A stretch of 64,000 bases of DNA from Chrysomallon squamiferum (lineage: Eukaryota > Animalia > Mollusca). Location: the NCBI GenBank assembly GCA_012295275.1, contig CM022665.1:7750001-7814000 (forward strand). Reading direction: 5' to 3'. The position numbers and the translations under genes are program-made. Below the pieces are notes generated by a model, which saw only the letters and a list, made by a program, of their open reading frames with translations, was not told where the DNA came from and searched no databases. Shown here one piece after another: positions 31,739-45,435 of this stretch; the stretch's first letter is position 1, and the number at the start of each line of letters is the position of its first letter.

Positions 31739-32268
31739 ACAATGCCAAATCACAAAGCATCCCTCGGACAACTTGAAAACTCGCGCGTGTCAAAGAGCAT
31801 TATGACGTCAGCGGTAGATCGGACAGTAAGTGGACAAAAAAATAAAAATAAAAATAAAAAACGGAAAGAAAGTAATTTCTGCACGGTTAACTTTTAAGTG
31901 GTCTAACCTGCCCCATGGTTCAACTGCCCCGGTCTGCGCTATGTAATCTAAGAGAAAAAAAATGAAATCGCGCTACAACTCAGAAGCGCATAAAATAGCA
32001 TTAATATCAAACCATTTACGTCCGAAATATATATGCAGAAATAAGACAACTAAAAAAACAACTGCCCGAAAGTGAACGTATTAAACGAATATAACCACAG
32101 ACAAAAATAAAGTATTGATGTAATATATTTTAATAAATAATTACTTGCAGTATCATAAACTAAATTACACAAATACAATAATAACAGTTTTTTGTTTCGA
32201 TTATAGATTGTTATTTACTGTTTAAAAATGTGTTTCGTAATCTCATTTTCGAGCTCCATAAGGAAATA

Positions 32269-32700
32269 TCTCACTGGGCTACCACTACTGGCGATAAATT
32301 GACAACAGCATTAACGAGTGAGTTTCAAAAATGTTTCGCGAGTGTTTTTAATTTCCTTGCATCATTCGCAGAGCCTCGTTCTCGCGTCGCTGGAATTTTG
32401 AACATGTTAAGAAATTCGTGACACAAATTTTCTCTCGAAAATAGTCACAGAGTCGTTTCGTGTGTCTCGAATCCTTCTCACTTTAGTTTACGTGAGTCAG
32501 AAAGAGCGAGAAATGTGAGAAAACTTTGCGAGGGGCTGGCGACTCATGAATCTAAATTGTGACTGATTTGAAGACAAAAATGACAGGCACGACAAAACTG
32601 TGAATCAACTGAGAATAAATTTAGATGAAATTACGATATTTCCCATTTGTAGCGCATAACAATCGTACGACAGCCGCAAATGTGTCATAGCCCAGTGAGA
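32269..32700. mobile_element. MITE with 13-bp perfect TIRs and TA flanks
   Basis: TA|TCTCACTGGGCTA (32269-32281) ... TAGCCCAGTGAGA|TA (32688-32700). CpG-rich interior with no credible coding capacity. Confidence 0.8.
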
Positions 32701-32819
32701 TATATATATATATATATAGAACATATTTTGAACTGACGATTGCAGTTACATATATTTAATAACTTAAGTCCATTCCGTTAATCCAGGTTGATGAAATAAT
32801 ACACAATACGGGTCAGTTT

Positions 32820-34701
32820 CTAAGGATAAATGAAAGTTAGTTTGTTGACAACAACATGGTTGGTTATAATAACCCGATCAGAATATTCATACAGTTCTGA
32901 ATGTGTGCAGTTATATAGGTTCTTTCCATCCACGGTAATCTGGAAAAAAATAATAAAAGTAAGAACCCAACAATAACAGCAGTAGTAGAAGTAGTAGTAG
33001 TAGTAGCAATAGTGATAGTAGTAGTAGTTGTAGTAGTAGTAGTAGTAACAGCAATAGTAGTATTAGTAATTAAGATGACTTCCATTAAAATAATACAGTA
33101 CTGCAACAGTTATATTAATTTAAAAAATGGTGAAATAACCCCATACGAAGATAACAAAATCAGTAATAAAAAATAACAATAATAATGAAACAATAATAAT
33201 AATAAATAATAATAATAATAATAATACTATTAATAACAATAATTGATACTATTATCATATTATTATTATATTTTATTATTGTTATTGGTGTTATTAATAT
33301 TATATTATTATTATTATAGTTTATTGTTGTTGTTGTTATTATTATTATTGATATGCTTTGAAAAAAGCTAGTAACTGGAAAGGTTAAAAAAAAAAAAAAA
33401 TGTTCCCAACATCTGGTTGAAAAATCTTGACAACATTCGCGATGACACAACCAGAGAATACACAAACATGGTTGAGAATCCAGTGAACAACACACCCTGG
33501 CTAACACAAGGACTCACTTTCCTGATACCAAAGACAGATAACACCAGGAATTCAAAGAACTACAAACGGTCCACTATGTATAAGATCTTGGCATCAGTTA
33601 TAACTGAAAGAATACAAAAATTCCTTGAAGCATCGTCTGCTCATAAACACGATGATCATACATGATTGTAGAATCAGAAGATGTTGGCCATGGTTTGACT
33701 GTCGGAAGGCATTTGACAGCCACCCTATAAACTTCAAGAGTGGCATGTTCCACGGTGATTTACTGTCACCATTGCTTTTTTGATTTTCTCTTGTCCCACT
33801 CAGTCACCTGGTCTATGTGGATCATCTGAAAACATGCGAAGGACGATGAGCAACTAATCAGCACAATAAAAAAAACTTTCAGTGATGACATCGGGATGGT
33901 ACTTCGACTGCACGAGATGGTAAGGCCACTTTCACGAGAGGCCCAGATATCTTCCATCCAAAATCACTTGGAGAAGACAGAAGACCGAATCCTGAAGTTA
34001 GTCTATCAGCACGACAAGCAGAAGAAACTCTACTCGGTTCAGACAAATGCTAACAAGTTCAAGAGAGAACAACAGGTGTCAGAGATATCACAGATAGAGG
34101 AAGAGCAAGTGACAGAGTTTGCGACTAAAACAGACAGCAAAGAAACATGCCGAAAAGATGCAACCGAATACCTAGTAGGAGACGCCTCTGCATGGTCAGG
34201 ATCCTACAAGGATGAACAGACCTATATGTGATCCAGGAGCTCTTGACATCCTAAGGTATGACATGGCAGCAGCACTGGAAGATCTGCCATCAATACAGTT
34301 TGCCCAGAGATGATATAAACATCAGCCGGAAACTGTGACAGAAAAAGAAGAAGCGACTGTGTTGTTGGACATGAGAAGCACCCTGAGAAAGAGATCAAGA
34401 GAAACAAACAGGACGTCATTGTCGAGAACAAAAAGATAAAGTCCTGCCTGCTCGTAGACATTTCAGAGAGAAATATGAAGGAAATGGAGAAGCTATCGAA
34501 ATACAAAGACCTGGTGTGGAGATCGGCAAGATGAGAACAGCAACAGTGCCAGTTGTAATCGGTGCACTTGGATAAAAAAAAGAAGGGCTTGGAGAAACAC
34601 AAGGAAGGTTCTCTCAGTCCAGCAGTTACTGTTTGTGTGTAAGATCCATGGGCAGAACACAGCGCTATAGGGAAACAAGTATACAAGCAGTGGAGAAGCC
34701 C

Positions 34702-34782
<81 letters not shown>

Positions 34783-37700
34783 TGAAAAACGAAGACTGTG
34801 GTGATGATGATAACAATAATAATAGCAGTAATAATAATAATATCATGCTGAAGATAATGACGTTGACGGCGATGATAGCAATAATGATTATACCTTGAAG
34901 ACTTTGTCCATCAGAAGTATCTGGAGCATGAATTTTTTCAGTTTTACGAATGGAAATAGTTCATGATTTGCAAACCGGAGTGGTTCATTCCATTGACCGT
35001 TCATTTTTCTGTTAAAGACGACATTGCGATAATCTCTTCTGTTGTAAAACAACACATCCATGATCATTTGTATGTCTGTTGAATTGCGAAGAGTTATCTC
35101 AAAACTGCAAAAGTAAAACCCAAAAGATTTGTGGAAGAAAAACAAAACTAAAAGGTCAGAGTGAATAGCATTATCTAGTCTTTAAAAGAAATTACTGTTA
35201 CTTTTTTATTCATTCATTCATTCATTCATTTTTTGCTTGTTTGTTTGTTTGTGTGTTTGTTTATTTTGTTGGTTGTTTATTTCTTTGTGGATTCTTTTAC
35301 TTTTTTAATTTTGTATATACTTTTTATTTATTTATTTTTTATTGTTACTGTTATTTATTTTATTTTATTATTATTATTTATACAGTTTTAATGGAAATTG
35401 TGTTTACGTTGAGGAAAATATAGAGATGATGTAAACAAAAAAAGTAATTATATTTGAATTTATTATTAAACGAGACTGTATTCTTAAAATATGAAATCAT
35501 ACTGTCTTCCTTCCCAAAGCGAGGTAGCTTCCTTCCAGTGAGCCTCTAATGTGTCTGGATTGTAACTAGTTGCAGGTGTCCCATTCAACAACAACTTCCA
35601 GCCTTTCTTTATCGTCACAGGAATCACAGCTGTAATATTTATTCCCTGCAAGTTGATAGTGTAATGTACCTTTATGTCAACATCCAAGGCATATATGTGT
35701 ATGTATTTGTGTGTATGTATGTATGTATGTATGTATGTATGTATGTATGTATGTATGTATGTATGTATGTGTGTGTGTGTATGTGTGTGTGTGTGTATGT
35801 ATGTAGTAGGTATTACGTACATATGTATGTATGAATGTATACATATGCATTTATATTCATTTATATAATGTATATTTTTTTTATATAAGTATCAGAAATG
35901 TACGAGAAATATTATTATAACATTTTAGCATCCTATACAGTAATGATAACAACATGTCAGAGAACAAAATTTGCCTTTCCTAAGTCTTATCAGGGTTTTC
36001 TGTACGTGTAATACATTATTTTCAGTTCTTGTCATTCTGTGACGCTTTTTCATTTTTACATCACCAAGACCAAAACAGTACATGACACCAATTATCTATC
36101 TTTTTTTAAGAAAAGAAAATAATTGTCAAAAAAGTTCAGAAATATTAAATTGTATCCTCATTATATTGCAATCATACACTACCGTTGATGAATGTTCAAG
36201 AATTTGTCATATAAATTAATTTAATTACCTGGTTTCTCCATTCCACCTGCAAACAACGACCACTAAATCCTTCCCATTTTCCATTCAGATTACAAACGGC
36301 TGAACTGCTGTTTCCGAACAACTGGAACTGTTCGTTACATACAACACTTCCGATGCTTCCGATAGTTGTGTACTTCGTTAGAAAGGTGCCGTTACCTACT
36401 TTAAGCACACCACAGTCAACTGTAATATATATACTTTATACCTCAGCAAATCAGATTGCCTTTGTAATGGTTCTTGTGACAGTAGAAATTTTTGCCCACT
36501 TTATAAGTATGTATATGTGCATGCATGTATACATGTCAGGTTCGTATTATACATATGGCTGCTAAGACATTGTTACCTGCGCACTAGAGCTGCAGTGGTT
36601 AAAGGCACTGGGCATACCTGAAATTGTATGTATGCATGTATGTGTGTAAGTATGTATGTATGTGTGTATGTATGTATGTATGTATGCATGTATGTATGTA
36701 CCTACGTACGTATGTTTCAATGTATGTAAGAAATATCACAAGAATGCAAAGGAATTGCTGTTATTATTTTTTTTTTTTTTTTTTTTTTTTTTTTATTATT
36801 AAATAGTGAACAGACTGAATATTATGCAGTACACAGTTTAAACTCACTAATACAGTTTAGGCTAACATCCGTCCAGTTTCCCGTTTCCGAACACCGAGAC
36901 GTTAGGTTGTGTTTCAGATTATCAGACGCGAAACCTCTTTTGCAACTATATGTTGCTTGCAAATACCCAGACATCTTCGTCAGCGTGGCAACAGCATTTT
37001 GAAAAGAATGTGGCTTTCCACAATATGTTCCTGAAGCTATGAAACAAAACAGTACTATAATTAATTAGTTTAAGATTATTCTGAATTCTTCTTTTCATCA
37101 TATCATCATCATCATTATTATTATTATTATTATTATTGTTGTTGTTGTTGTTGTTGTTGTTGTTACTGTTGTTGTTGTTTGTGTTAATATGATTATTGTT
37201 GTTATCGGTATTGGTATTGTTATCGTTATTGTCACTGGTTGATAGTTGTTATTCTTTTTGTTGTTGTTGTTGTCGTTAGTTCTTACTCATTTTGTTGATG
37301 CTGATGCTGCTGTTATTATGTTTACTATTACTTTCGTGTATTTATTGTTGTTTGTGTGTACACATCTATTTTATTCGTGACATTTTATTTTAAATACTAA
37401 AATAAACCTTTACGTTACGGAAATTAAATAAATACCTTCTGACAAACATTTTGCCTGAGAACCAATCTGAGCACAAAGTTCCATCTCTTTGCATGGTTCG
37501 TCCTTACAAACATAATTTTTTTTCTGAAGAAAAATTTAAAGCAGTATGAATGTAACAAGATATACGATGTAAAAACGATAATAACGACATTTTTCACTAA
37601 TTACTACGCTGACTAATGCATGAATTCATAATACACAGGTGAACTGTCTATTACCCAGGATTTACGCAGTAGATTATAAACGGTTTACAGTGTTTGTTTG

Positions 37701-38452
37701 GAAGACAGACATTTAATAAAAATTTGTAATATTAAAAAAAATAAAGTAAATATAGCTGTAAGTAATTAGACAAGACGTTTCAGGTACAAAAATAAGTTAA
37801 CAAAATTTGATAAAATAAAATATATTTTCGATCTGCACTACGAACTTTTTGCACAATTCCAGTTGATAAACGTAAGGTGTGACAAATACTGTGAATAAGT
37901 ATATTATCACAAATTATCATACAACTTTTAATTTTTACCACAGAAAATATCCTTTCTTCTCAAAATAAAATATTAATTTTTATTTTAATGTATCTTTGAA
38001 TTCAGTTTTGATCTACATGTTAAATTTAATAAACGTAATGAGTAATTTACATTCTTGTATTTCTCACAAAATGGTGGTGTAATATAAGAGAAAATCATGG
38101 CTTGTCAGGCAAAGTTAACTGATTCAGCCTGAAGGAAAATGCATACCTGTAACACAGAATATTTGTCAGCAAATACAGATTCTTTATACCCGGAAACCAT
38201 CGACGTGGTGTTTACACGATTACTGCTGTCTTCGGAGTTTGACGTGCACTCTTTTGTTTTGGGGTTGTAGTTGACAGATTTGCATAATGATCGCATTTCA
38301 CACAGTTTGATACACTGGTAGAAGTTCTTCACGTTATCCACAGTGAACTCGGCTCCAAAAAGTCGAAACCGAGAGCTGGCGAGTTCGAGTCCAGACACCA
38401 GTACAGCAATGTTCATGCAGAAGACAAAGGTAGATAATGTCTGAGAAGACAT
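32820..38452 (-). CDS. Secreted PAN/apple + truncated EGF + 2x sushi/CCP + galectin-like protein (paralogue A), 7 exons, ~413 aa
   Basis: Exons 38452-38147 (signal peptide + PAN CIKLCEMRSLCKSVNY...C), 37523-37436 (4-Cys EGF-like), 37030-36848 (CCP CGKP...C..GF...CSETGNWTDVSLNC), 36419-36229 (CCP), then 35645-35503, 35104-34894 and 32939-32820 (galectin-fold pattern FEITL...VVFN...GQWNE..FPF...FKITVDG). Open frame of 1242 nt, all junctions GT-AG. Confidence 0.85.
33410..34701 (+). mobile_element. Decayed non-LTR retrotransposon, R4/Dong-like (RT + restriction-like endonuclease)
   Basis: Fragments WLTQGLTFLIPK..KNY..TMYKIL, GMFHGDLLSPLLF and FSDDIGM (RT); NKQDVIVENK..SCLLVDIS, EKLSKYKDL and VPVVIGALG (REL endonuclease). 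Internally deleted; the 3' end abuts an (AAT)n tract. Confidence 0.8.
34702..34781. repeat. (AAT)n microsatellite at the retrotransposon 3' end
   Basis: Direct reading. Confidence 0.95.
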
Positions 38453-39523
38453 TCTGCAAATCTACGATTTATTTTTCAAACTAGGATCCTAGAAAAAGCA
38501 GACCTACAGCGTTTCGAAACTCCGTGAATGACTGTCGGAGTTGTGATATTGTAGGCCTACAGCTTTAATACAAGCAAACAGTTCAGGTTTCTTTCTTCTG
38601 CTTTAATCCCATATAAAATTAAAGACACAAATCTGTTCATTATGCTACATGGACTTCTCTGTTAAGAAGATATTACAAAGCCTCTTGAAAGAAATATAGA
38701 AACAAACGAGTCTGCTGACGTCAATAACATAAAAGCAAACAAACTCGGATGTCAGTATAAACAATAATCTCCAAGAAACTAAACATGTTTTTTTTTATTC
38801 TCAAGAGATTTCTTGACGCAGATTATAACAATCTAACCGTTCTAAATTATTTTCCTTTGATATCGGGTATAACATCTCTGAACGTAGTAATTCAAATAAT
38901 CATGCACACATCGTTTGGGATTTATTTGATAAGTTTCATAAATTATTCATTATAATATAGCAGTAGATATGTTGTCATAAACAATACAATGAAAACTAAT
39001 GTCTTACAAAAAATTTGTATGTGATACCTGGCAAGCCTCAAATAAAAACTGATGCAAAAGGAAACCAAAAGCAAATGAAAGAAGATTAAAACAGATTTCA
39101 AAATAATATCTCCATAGCTACACCGGATCCTTTTTACCATAAACGCAAAATATTCACCTTAAAAGGCAAACTACTGAAAGTGAATAGTAGAATGCAGCCT
39201 GAAGCTAAAGCAACAAAACAAAATTTTTATATAATTTCTATGATTTTTATTTTCATTATTTAGGTCTGCACCTATTTGTTTTGCTTATATCTAAGCGAAC
39301 ATTATACATTTATATTCCTATAAATTTAAGTATAACTGGAAAAATTAATATGTGTGTGTGTACGTTCGTGCGTGTGCGTGTGCGTGTGCTCGAGCGTTGT
39401 AACTAGACGACAAGCAATTAGGACGTTCACGTGTAAAGTGTCTCAAATGTTAATTTTCATTCATCTGGGTTGCTGTTAACATTTTGGAGTCATTTGGTTT
39501 AACCTAAAAGTAGATTTGACATT

Positions 39524-40705
39524 CTACAATATTTTAAGCATGTGAATTGCCACTTCAAAGTACACGGTTATAGAGTCAGCCCCTTCAACTGGTCTTGTCG
39601 AATTGAAAACGTTAACCTCCGTTCCGTTCACAATAATCTGAAAAATAATTAACTAAAATGTAATTGCCAGTGCTCTGTAATTTTCTGTTAATTTCCAGTA
39701 TTATTATTATTATTATTATTATTATCTTTAATTTATTTATTTATCAACATAATCATTATGATTGTTATTAGATTTATTATCATCATAATTAACATGATCG
39801 TTATTGTTGTTGTTGTTGCTGTCGTCGTCGTTGTTGATGTTGTTATCATAACCATCATCATTACTTGCTATTGTTCTTATTATTACTGAAACTGTTAATT
39901 GTTTATAATTATGGGGGTGTTTTTTTTTGTTTGTTTGTTGTTGTGTTTTTTTTGTCATGAAACTATTTTTTTAAATTTAAAACCTTCTAAATTACCAGAA
40001 ATCTAGAAGCAATAGCTTAAACGAGTAGTTATCCCAAACTAAATTTCCACAAATTTAGAATGTACGAATATAAGTTATTAAACAAATTAATTACCGTAAA
40101 AACGTTGTTTTTCTGTGTTATCCGCAGTTCAAATGGTACCTCAATTTCAACTCTTGGTGGTCTAATAAAGATGTTTCTGCTTTCAAAACGTCCAGAATAT
40201 TTGCAGTCGAAAGCAATATATGGTGAATTAGTAGATAGTCTAAAATCTACCATAAGGTAAACATCGTCAGATCCGACAATATCAACTCTGAATCTGAAGA
40301 AAGAAAAAGAAAAATTAAGTTGAAATGGAATTAATGGTGAATAATAAATACATTTAATCAAGGAAGCATCTTTAATAAAATAAACATGTCAGCTACTAGT
40401 AACTGATAGTATATATACAATGAAATATATTTATATGGTTTGTGTGTGTGTGTCAGAGAGTGTGAGATGAAGCGCTAAGAAAATGGAAAAGCATGGTAAA
40501 AAGACAGACGGACAAACAAGCGAAACCACAGAGAGAATTTTGCTAAGCACAGATATTTAAAAAGGCTGAGTCTTTTTTGTTTCGTTTTTGTCGTGGGTTT
40601 CTTTTTTTTAGGGGGGAGGGTTTGTTTTTTTTTTGTTTTTTTAGCAATGTACATTCGCTCTAAACCTCAGATACCTTAATGAATGTATTTTAAAACATTT
40701 TGTAT

Positions 40706-40744
<39 letters not shown>

Positions 40745-42609
40745 TATTTTATTTATTTATTTATTTTTTATTTTTTTTTTTTATTTTTTTATTCTACAAA
40801 TTTTTCTGTCTTATCTAAAATTCTTACTGTTTTTTCTCTGAACCAGCTGTTCCACGCAAAATCATTTCCCATCCGTTTGTTATAGGCTCTGGAAGCATTG
40901 CCAGGAAACGAGTGCTCTGAATAAAATATGTAATAGATTTAATTTATATATATTTTTTAATTACTTCAACAACAGTTATCTGAAAATCACTATTCTGCGT
41001 GATGGACCGTGCTGGTTCCCAACTCTTCGTTTGAAATTTACTTAAATCCACTGGTTTAAATAAATCGCATTTGTGCATTTAGCCCAAGAACCTCCATTAC
41101 CTGTGCATGACAGTCTGGGTGTATTAGAGAATCAGAGATCAGAGAGGATGAAGTGATATTACACATCAACCTATCAACCTATGTTACCGCTAACTAGTAT
41201 GGCGGGTTGATCCCAGAACCTGTCATTCGCATCATTTTAACCATTTGTGTTAGCTTTAAATGTTAATTAAATCACCTCATTTCTCCATTCTTCTTGTCTG
41301 CACTCTCCGCTCAGACCTTCCCACAGACCAGATGATTTACACTCTGCTGAAGAGTTCTTCCCAACGAAACGAAATAATGCGTCACACTTGACTTCCCCCC
41401 TGCTGCCAACAGTGGTCGTCAGAGAGATGAATGAACCATTTTAACATCCATTTGGCCGCAGTCGACTGTAATAATTAAAACAAATTAAATAAATAAATAA
41501 AATATAATATAATATTTTTTTGTTTGTTCTCTATAATCTTATAGCTTTTCAAAAAATGTCATAATTAAAATTTCCATAATGAAGATGACACGCAAAACCC
41601 GTTTTGAAATAAATATCATTTCTTTTTATAAAGATTTTATGCTCCCCAGAAAGTTGTCACCGTAGTTTAAGGATTTTTCCTTCACTAATGAACAGACCCA
41701 AAGAACAGAAAACATGCTTAAGAATGTCTGAAATTTTCACAGACTGGTTTATGGAATTCCTGAAAGGCATAACAATGATTTGTAGACGAAATTAACCATT
41801 TGAAAATGTCAGCGTTTTATATTTAAATGAATTAGTATATACCACTTCCGGGCCTACTGATTACTTTCTGACCTGCTTCGTTTGTTCATTGTTAACGACG
41901 GTTAATGATGTTATTATTGTCGTGTAATATCTATTAAAGTAATTAAAACAACGTGAAAAGGTTTTATTGTTGCTCTGTTGTTTTTTTCTTAACCTTCAGC
42001 GTCCATATAGAACAATCAATAATGTTTAGAAAAAGACCTTCGTATATATACACATTTTCAATGTCATAAATAATTTTCAGTCTTTCATCTTCATTTGAAA
42101 GATTCTATCAAAATATCGCTATTAACCGCTGTGCAACAGATTCTTTATTCACATGATAGATTGTTATAATACTGCTACTACGACGAATATTCTAAGAGCT
42201 TAGAATTGACTAATCTAAACTTATAACAAATTTAATTACACGTAGACGCGCTTCACAAGACTTTGTTTTGAATGGCATGATAAAATGTTCTGTAACCTTC
42301 CAGACTGATGATAAAAATTGTTAAGAACAAATGATTTTAAAGAATTTAGAGTAAATAGCACCCATTTCACCTGCACAGTGAAAACTGGCCGTGGTCCATG
42401 TCCCAGAAGATGTACACGTTGATGTTGTCGTGCCGCTAACGTGACTAAAACCTGGGTAACAGAAATAAGTAGCTGTTGATGTATATGACGTCCCTGTGTT
42501 GTTTAAAGAAGCGTTCGGTACCTGAGGGGGTGGGCCACAGTCAATATCTGAAACAGTTTTTGAAATCATAAAATGATCAAGCAAATAGTATTTAAAAGAA
42601 TATTCAAGT

Positions 42610-42647
<38 letters not shown>

Positions 42648-42882
42648 CGCACATACACATATGTATTCATATATATATATATATATCCATCGATAATAAA
42701 TGTATTTTACTGCTTAATGTTTAAAAAGTTATTAACTTCTATTGATTTTTTTCACGAAGATCCTACCCAGACACCGGTAGCTGATCACAGATTTAGTGCC
42801 CATAGCAATAGAGATAAAAGTCCACAACGGATAAGCACTAATCATATAAAAACATCTCATAACAATACACACACACACACAC

Positions 42883-42941
<59 letters not shown>

Positions 42942-44062
42942 ACGCACATATTAAATTAGTTTGAATTTACTAGAAACAAAACAAAAACACATTACACCTC
43001 TGAATACGTATTAACACCAGCGCCGACTGATAGCATTTAAATAACAATCTGTATTTCTGTTAAATCACTAAAACTACACGCACCTGTTTAATATTTTAAA
43101 TGCTTACAGATGAATTTAACGCGTGGTTCGGGCGGCTGGTCGTTTAGCTGTTTTAATCTTCATTTTTATAGTTTTTTTTAAAAAGACAAAATACATCTCT
43201 TTCTGGAGGTATCACTTGAAACGGGTGTGTTGCTCAAAAATAGTTAAGAGACTACGTAGTTTTTTCGATAAGGTTTTTTTTTTTTTTACCACTTTCTTGA
43301 GGCAAAACCTTCACAAATGAAGACAAAATATCAAACATTTGTTTCGTCGATGTTATTTATATGCAGAAAACTCGGAGAGTTAATTCCGCGAACGTAAAAA
43401 GTAATATACGAACGCTGTTCGCGATACATGATTGTAGATTCATAACGAGCTGGTTGTTACAACAAGGCGCCTCTGATTGAGATTAAATGGTTGTTGTAGT
43501 TTTTTTTTTTTTTTTTCTTCACAATACGAGAAAACATTCGTGGAATAAACACAAAGCTAAGACTTCAGATATTCCAGTTATGCAGAATTTATTTAGATAG
43601 GATCTCAAACAAAGAAAATAATTCAACCGTTCAAAACCAAGAAAAACAACACGGCGGATCACAAATACAGGCGCTCTGGACTACCTATACATCATTTATA
43701 TTTCTTTTCTTTGTTAATGTAGCATTGTTATGTATAGATACCATTCCATTTGTGATGCTAATTGACACAGAATCTTAGCCTGCGTGAAGCAAAAATGATC
43801 ATGTGTGTTTCCGCTCTTGTTATTGTCGTTTGTTATTTTATTTATCTGTTGCTGTTTTTGTTTTGTTTTTATTTGTTTTTTTTGTTTTTTGTTTGTTTTT
43901 GTATGTTTGCTAATCAGTGCATAATTGATGATATATCTAATGTGAATATATAAATAATCAACAATGATATTATATTAATAACGAAAGTCTATTTCTGCAA
44001 CATAAACCATGATGAATAGGTTTAATGATTTCAGAATTTTTATTGTAAATAAAATTCTATAA

Positions 44063-44100
<38 letters not shown>

Positions 44101-44232
44101 TCATTTATTATTATTATTATTTTATTTTGTTTTACTCTCGTATTCAGTTATTAGTATTCTTAATTGTTATTTATTTATTTATTTATTTATTATTATTAGT
44201 AGTATTAGTAGTAGTAGTAGTAGTAGTAGTAA

Positions 44233-44264
<32 letters not shown>

Positions 44265-44628
44265 ATAGTAGTAGTAGTAGTAGTAGTAGTATTTTAAGAA
44301 TATATTCCTTTGTGCTTACAGTTTAAAGAATATATTTTTTAGAAAGTTAAATGTAATAGTGAAATTACCTTGTTCTAAGCACTTTAGCATGGAACCCAAC
44401 TTAGCGCAAACTTGTGTCTTCTCACATCGATCTTTACTGCAAACATAGTTACCCTGTATATAAATAAATTAATTAATTAATTAATTAAACACAAAGATAA
44501 GACTTCAGATATTCCAGTTATGCAGAATTTATTAAGATAGGATCTCAAACAACGAAAATAATTCAACCGTTCAAAAACCAAGAAAAACAACACGGCGGAT
44601 CACAAATATATACACAAATAAATAAACA

Positions 44629-44659
<31 letters not shown>

Positions 44660-45266
44660 AGTAAATGAGTAAGTCAATGAGAATGTGAAGAATTTACATC
44701 ATTTTTTAACCTGCTACTAGAAAAAGACTTTAGTAACGTTTGTCTATAATTGTCCGATTATACTGATTAATGTAAGTCATTACAATTAATTACCGATTTT
44801 AACTAATGATATTATAAGCAGTATAACATAATCGTCGGTCAAACGAAATATAATAAAGCTTAATACAATATAATTAAAATATAAATATATAATATAATAT
44901 ATAATAATATAATATAATATAATATAATATGATATGATATGATATGTAATAAACAGTCTCTCTTACTGGTGGTTTTCCTGAATACAGTGTTTCCGGGTGG
45001 ATTTCGAACCCGTTTCCAGTGTCTCCTGTGAGAAGTTCACTGTTCGACGTACACTCTCGTGTTACCATGTTGTAGTTAACAGATTCACAGGCGGCTTGCT
45101 GAGAGCACAGATTCAAACACTGTCTAAAGTTCTTCGTATTTGTTTTACTGAATTCAGATCCCAAAAGACGACCATTGCGAACTGGTAAACCGACAAACGT
45201 CAACCCTGACACCAAGGGAAGCCAACAGATGACCCACGAAACTGACTGCAGTGTCACCTGCGACAT
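39524..45266 (-). CDS. Secreted PAN + truncated EGF + 2x sushi + galectin-like protein (paralogue B), 7 exons, with a 1-nt frameshift in exon 4
   Basis: Exons 45266-44967 (signal peptide + PAN CLNLCSQQAACESVNY), 44453-44369, 42547-42371 (CCP DCGPPPQVPNA...ATYFCYPGF...CTSSGTW), 41465-41276 (CCP; 190 nt versus 191 in paralogue A), 40916-40828, 40293-40095 and 39637-39524. Intron phases are the same as in paralogue A. Confidence 0.85.
43546..44608. repeat. ~120-bp near-identical direct repeat (43546-43667 and 44486-44608)
   Basis: 'taaacacaaag.taagacttcagatattccagttatgcagaatt...aacacggcggatcacaaata' occurs twice, bracketing exon 2 of paralogue B. Confidence 0.92.
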
Positions 45267-45300
45267 GACCACGGCGTGAAAGCGAAACAGTAATAATATG

Positions 45301-45435
45301 CACGTGATGGTTATTGTTTATATCATGGGGTGGATCCGGGATTTCACAAAAGGAACGGAAGCAGCGTCGTGAATATGACGTTCAACGTGAAATTAGCGTC
45401 TTTGATTGGTTGCACTGGGTACGCTTGATTTGCAT
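45301..45435 (-). promoter_or_regulatory. Putative proximal promoter of paralogue B
   Basis: TATAAA on the minus strand at 45317-45322 (~50 bp upstream of the ATG), CCAAT at 45405-45409, octamer ATTTGCAT at 45428-45435, kB-like GGGATTTCAC at 45338-45347, E-box CACGTG at 45301-45306. Locally CpG-rich. Confidence 0.4.

Noticed and set aside
31500-31940. GC-rich patch with repeated CTGCCCC motifs, possible MITE
   Set aside because: I could not define matching TIRs or a target duplication.
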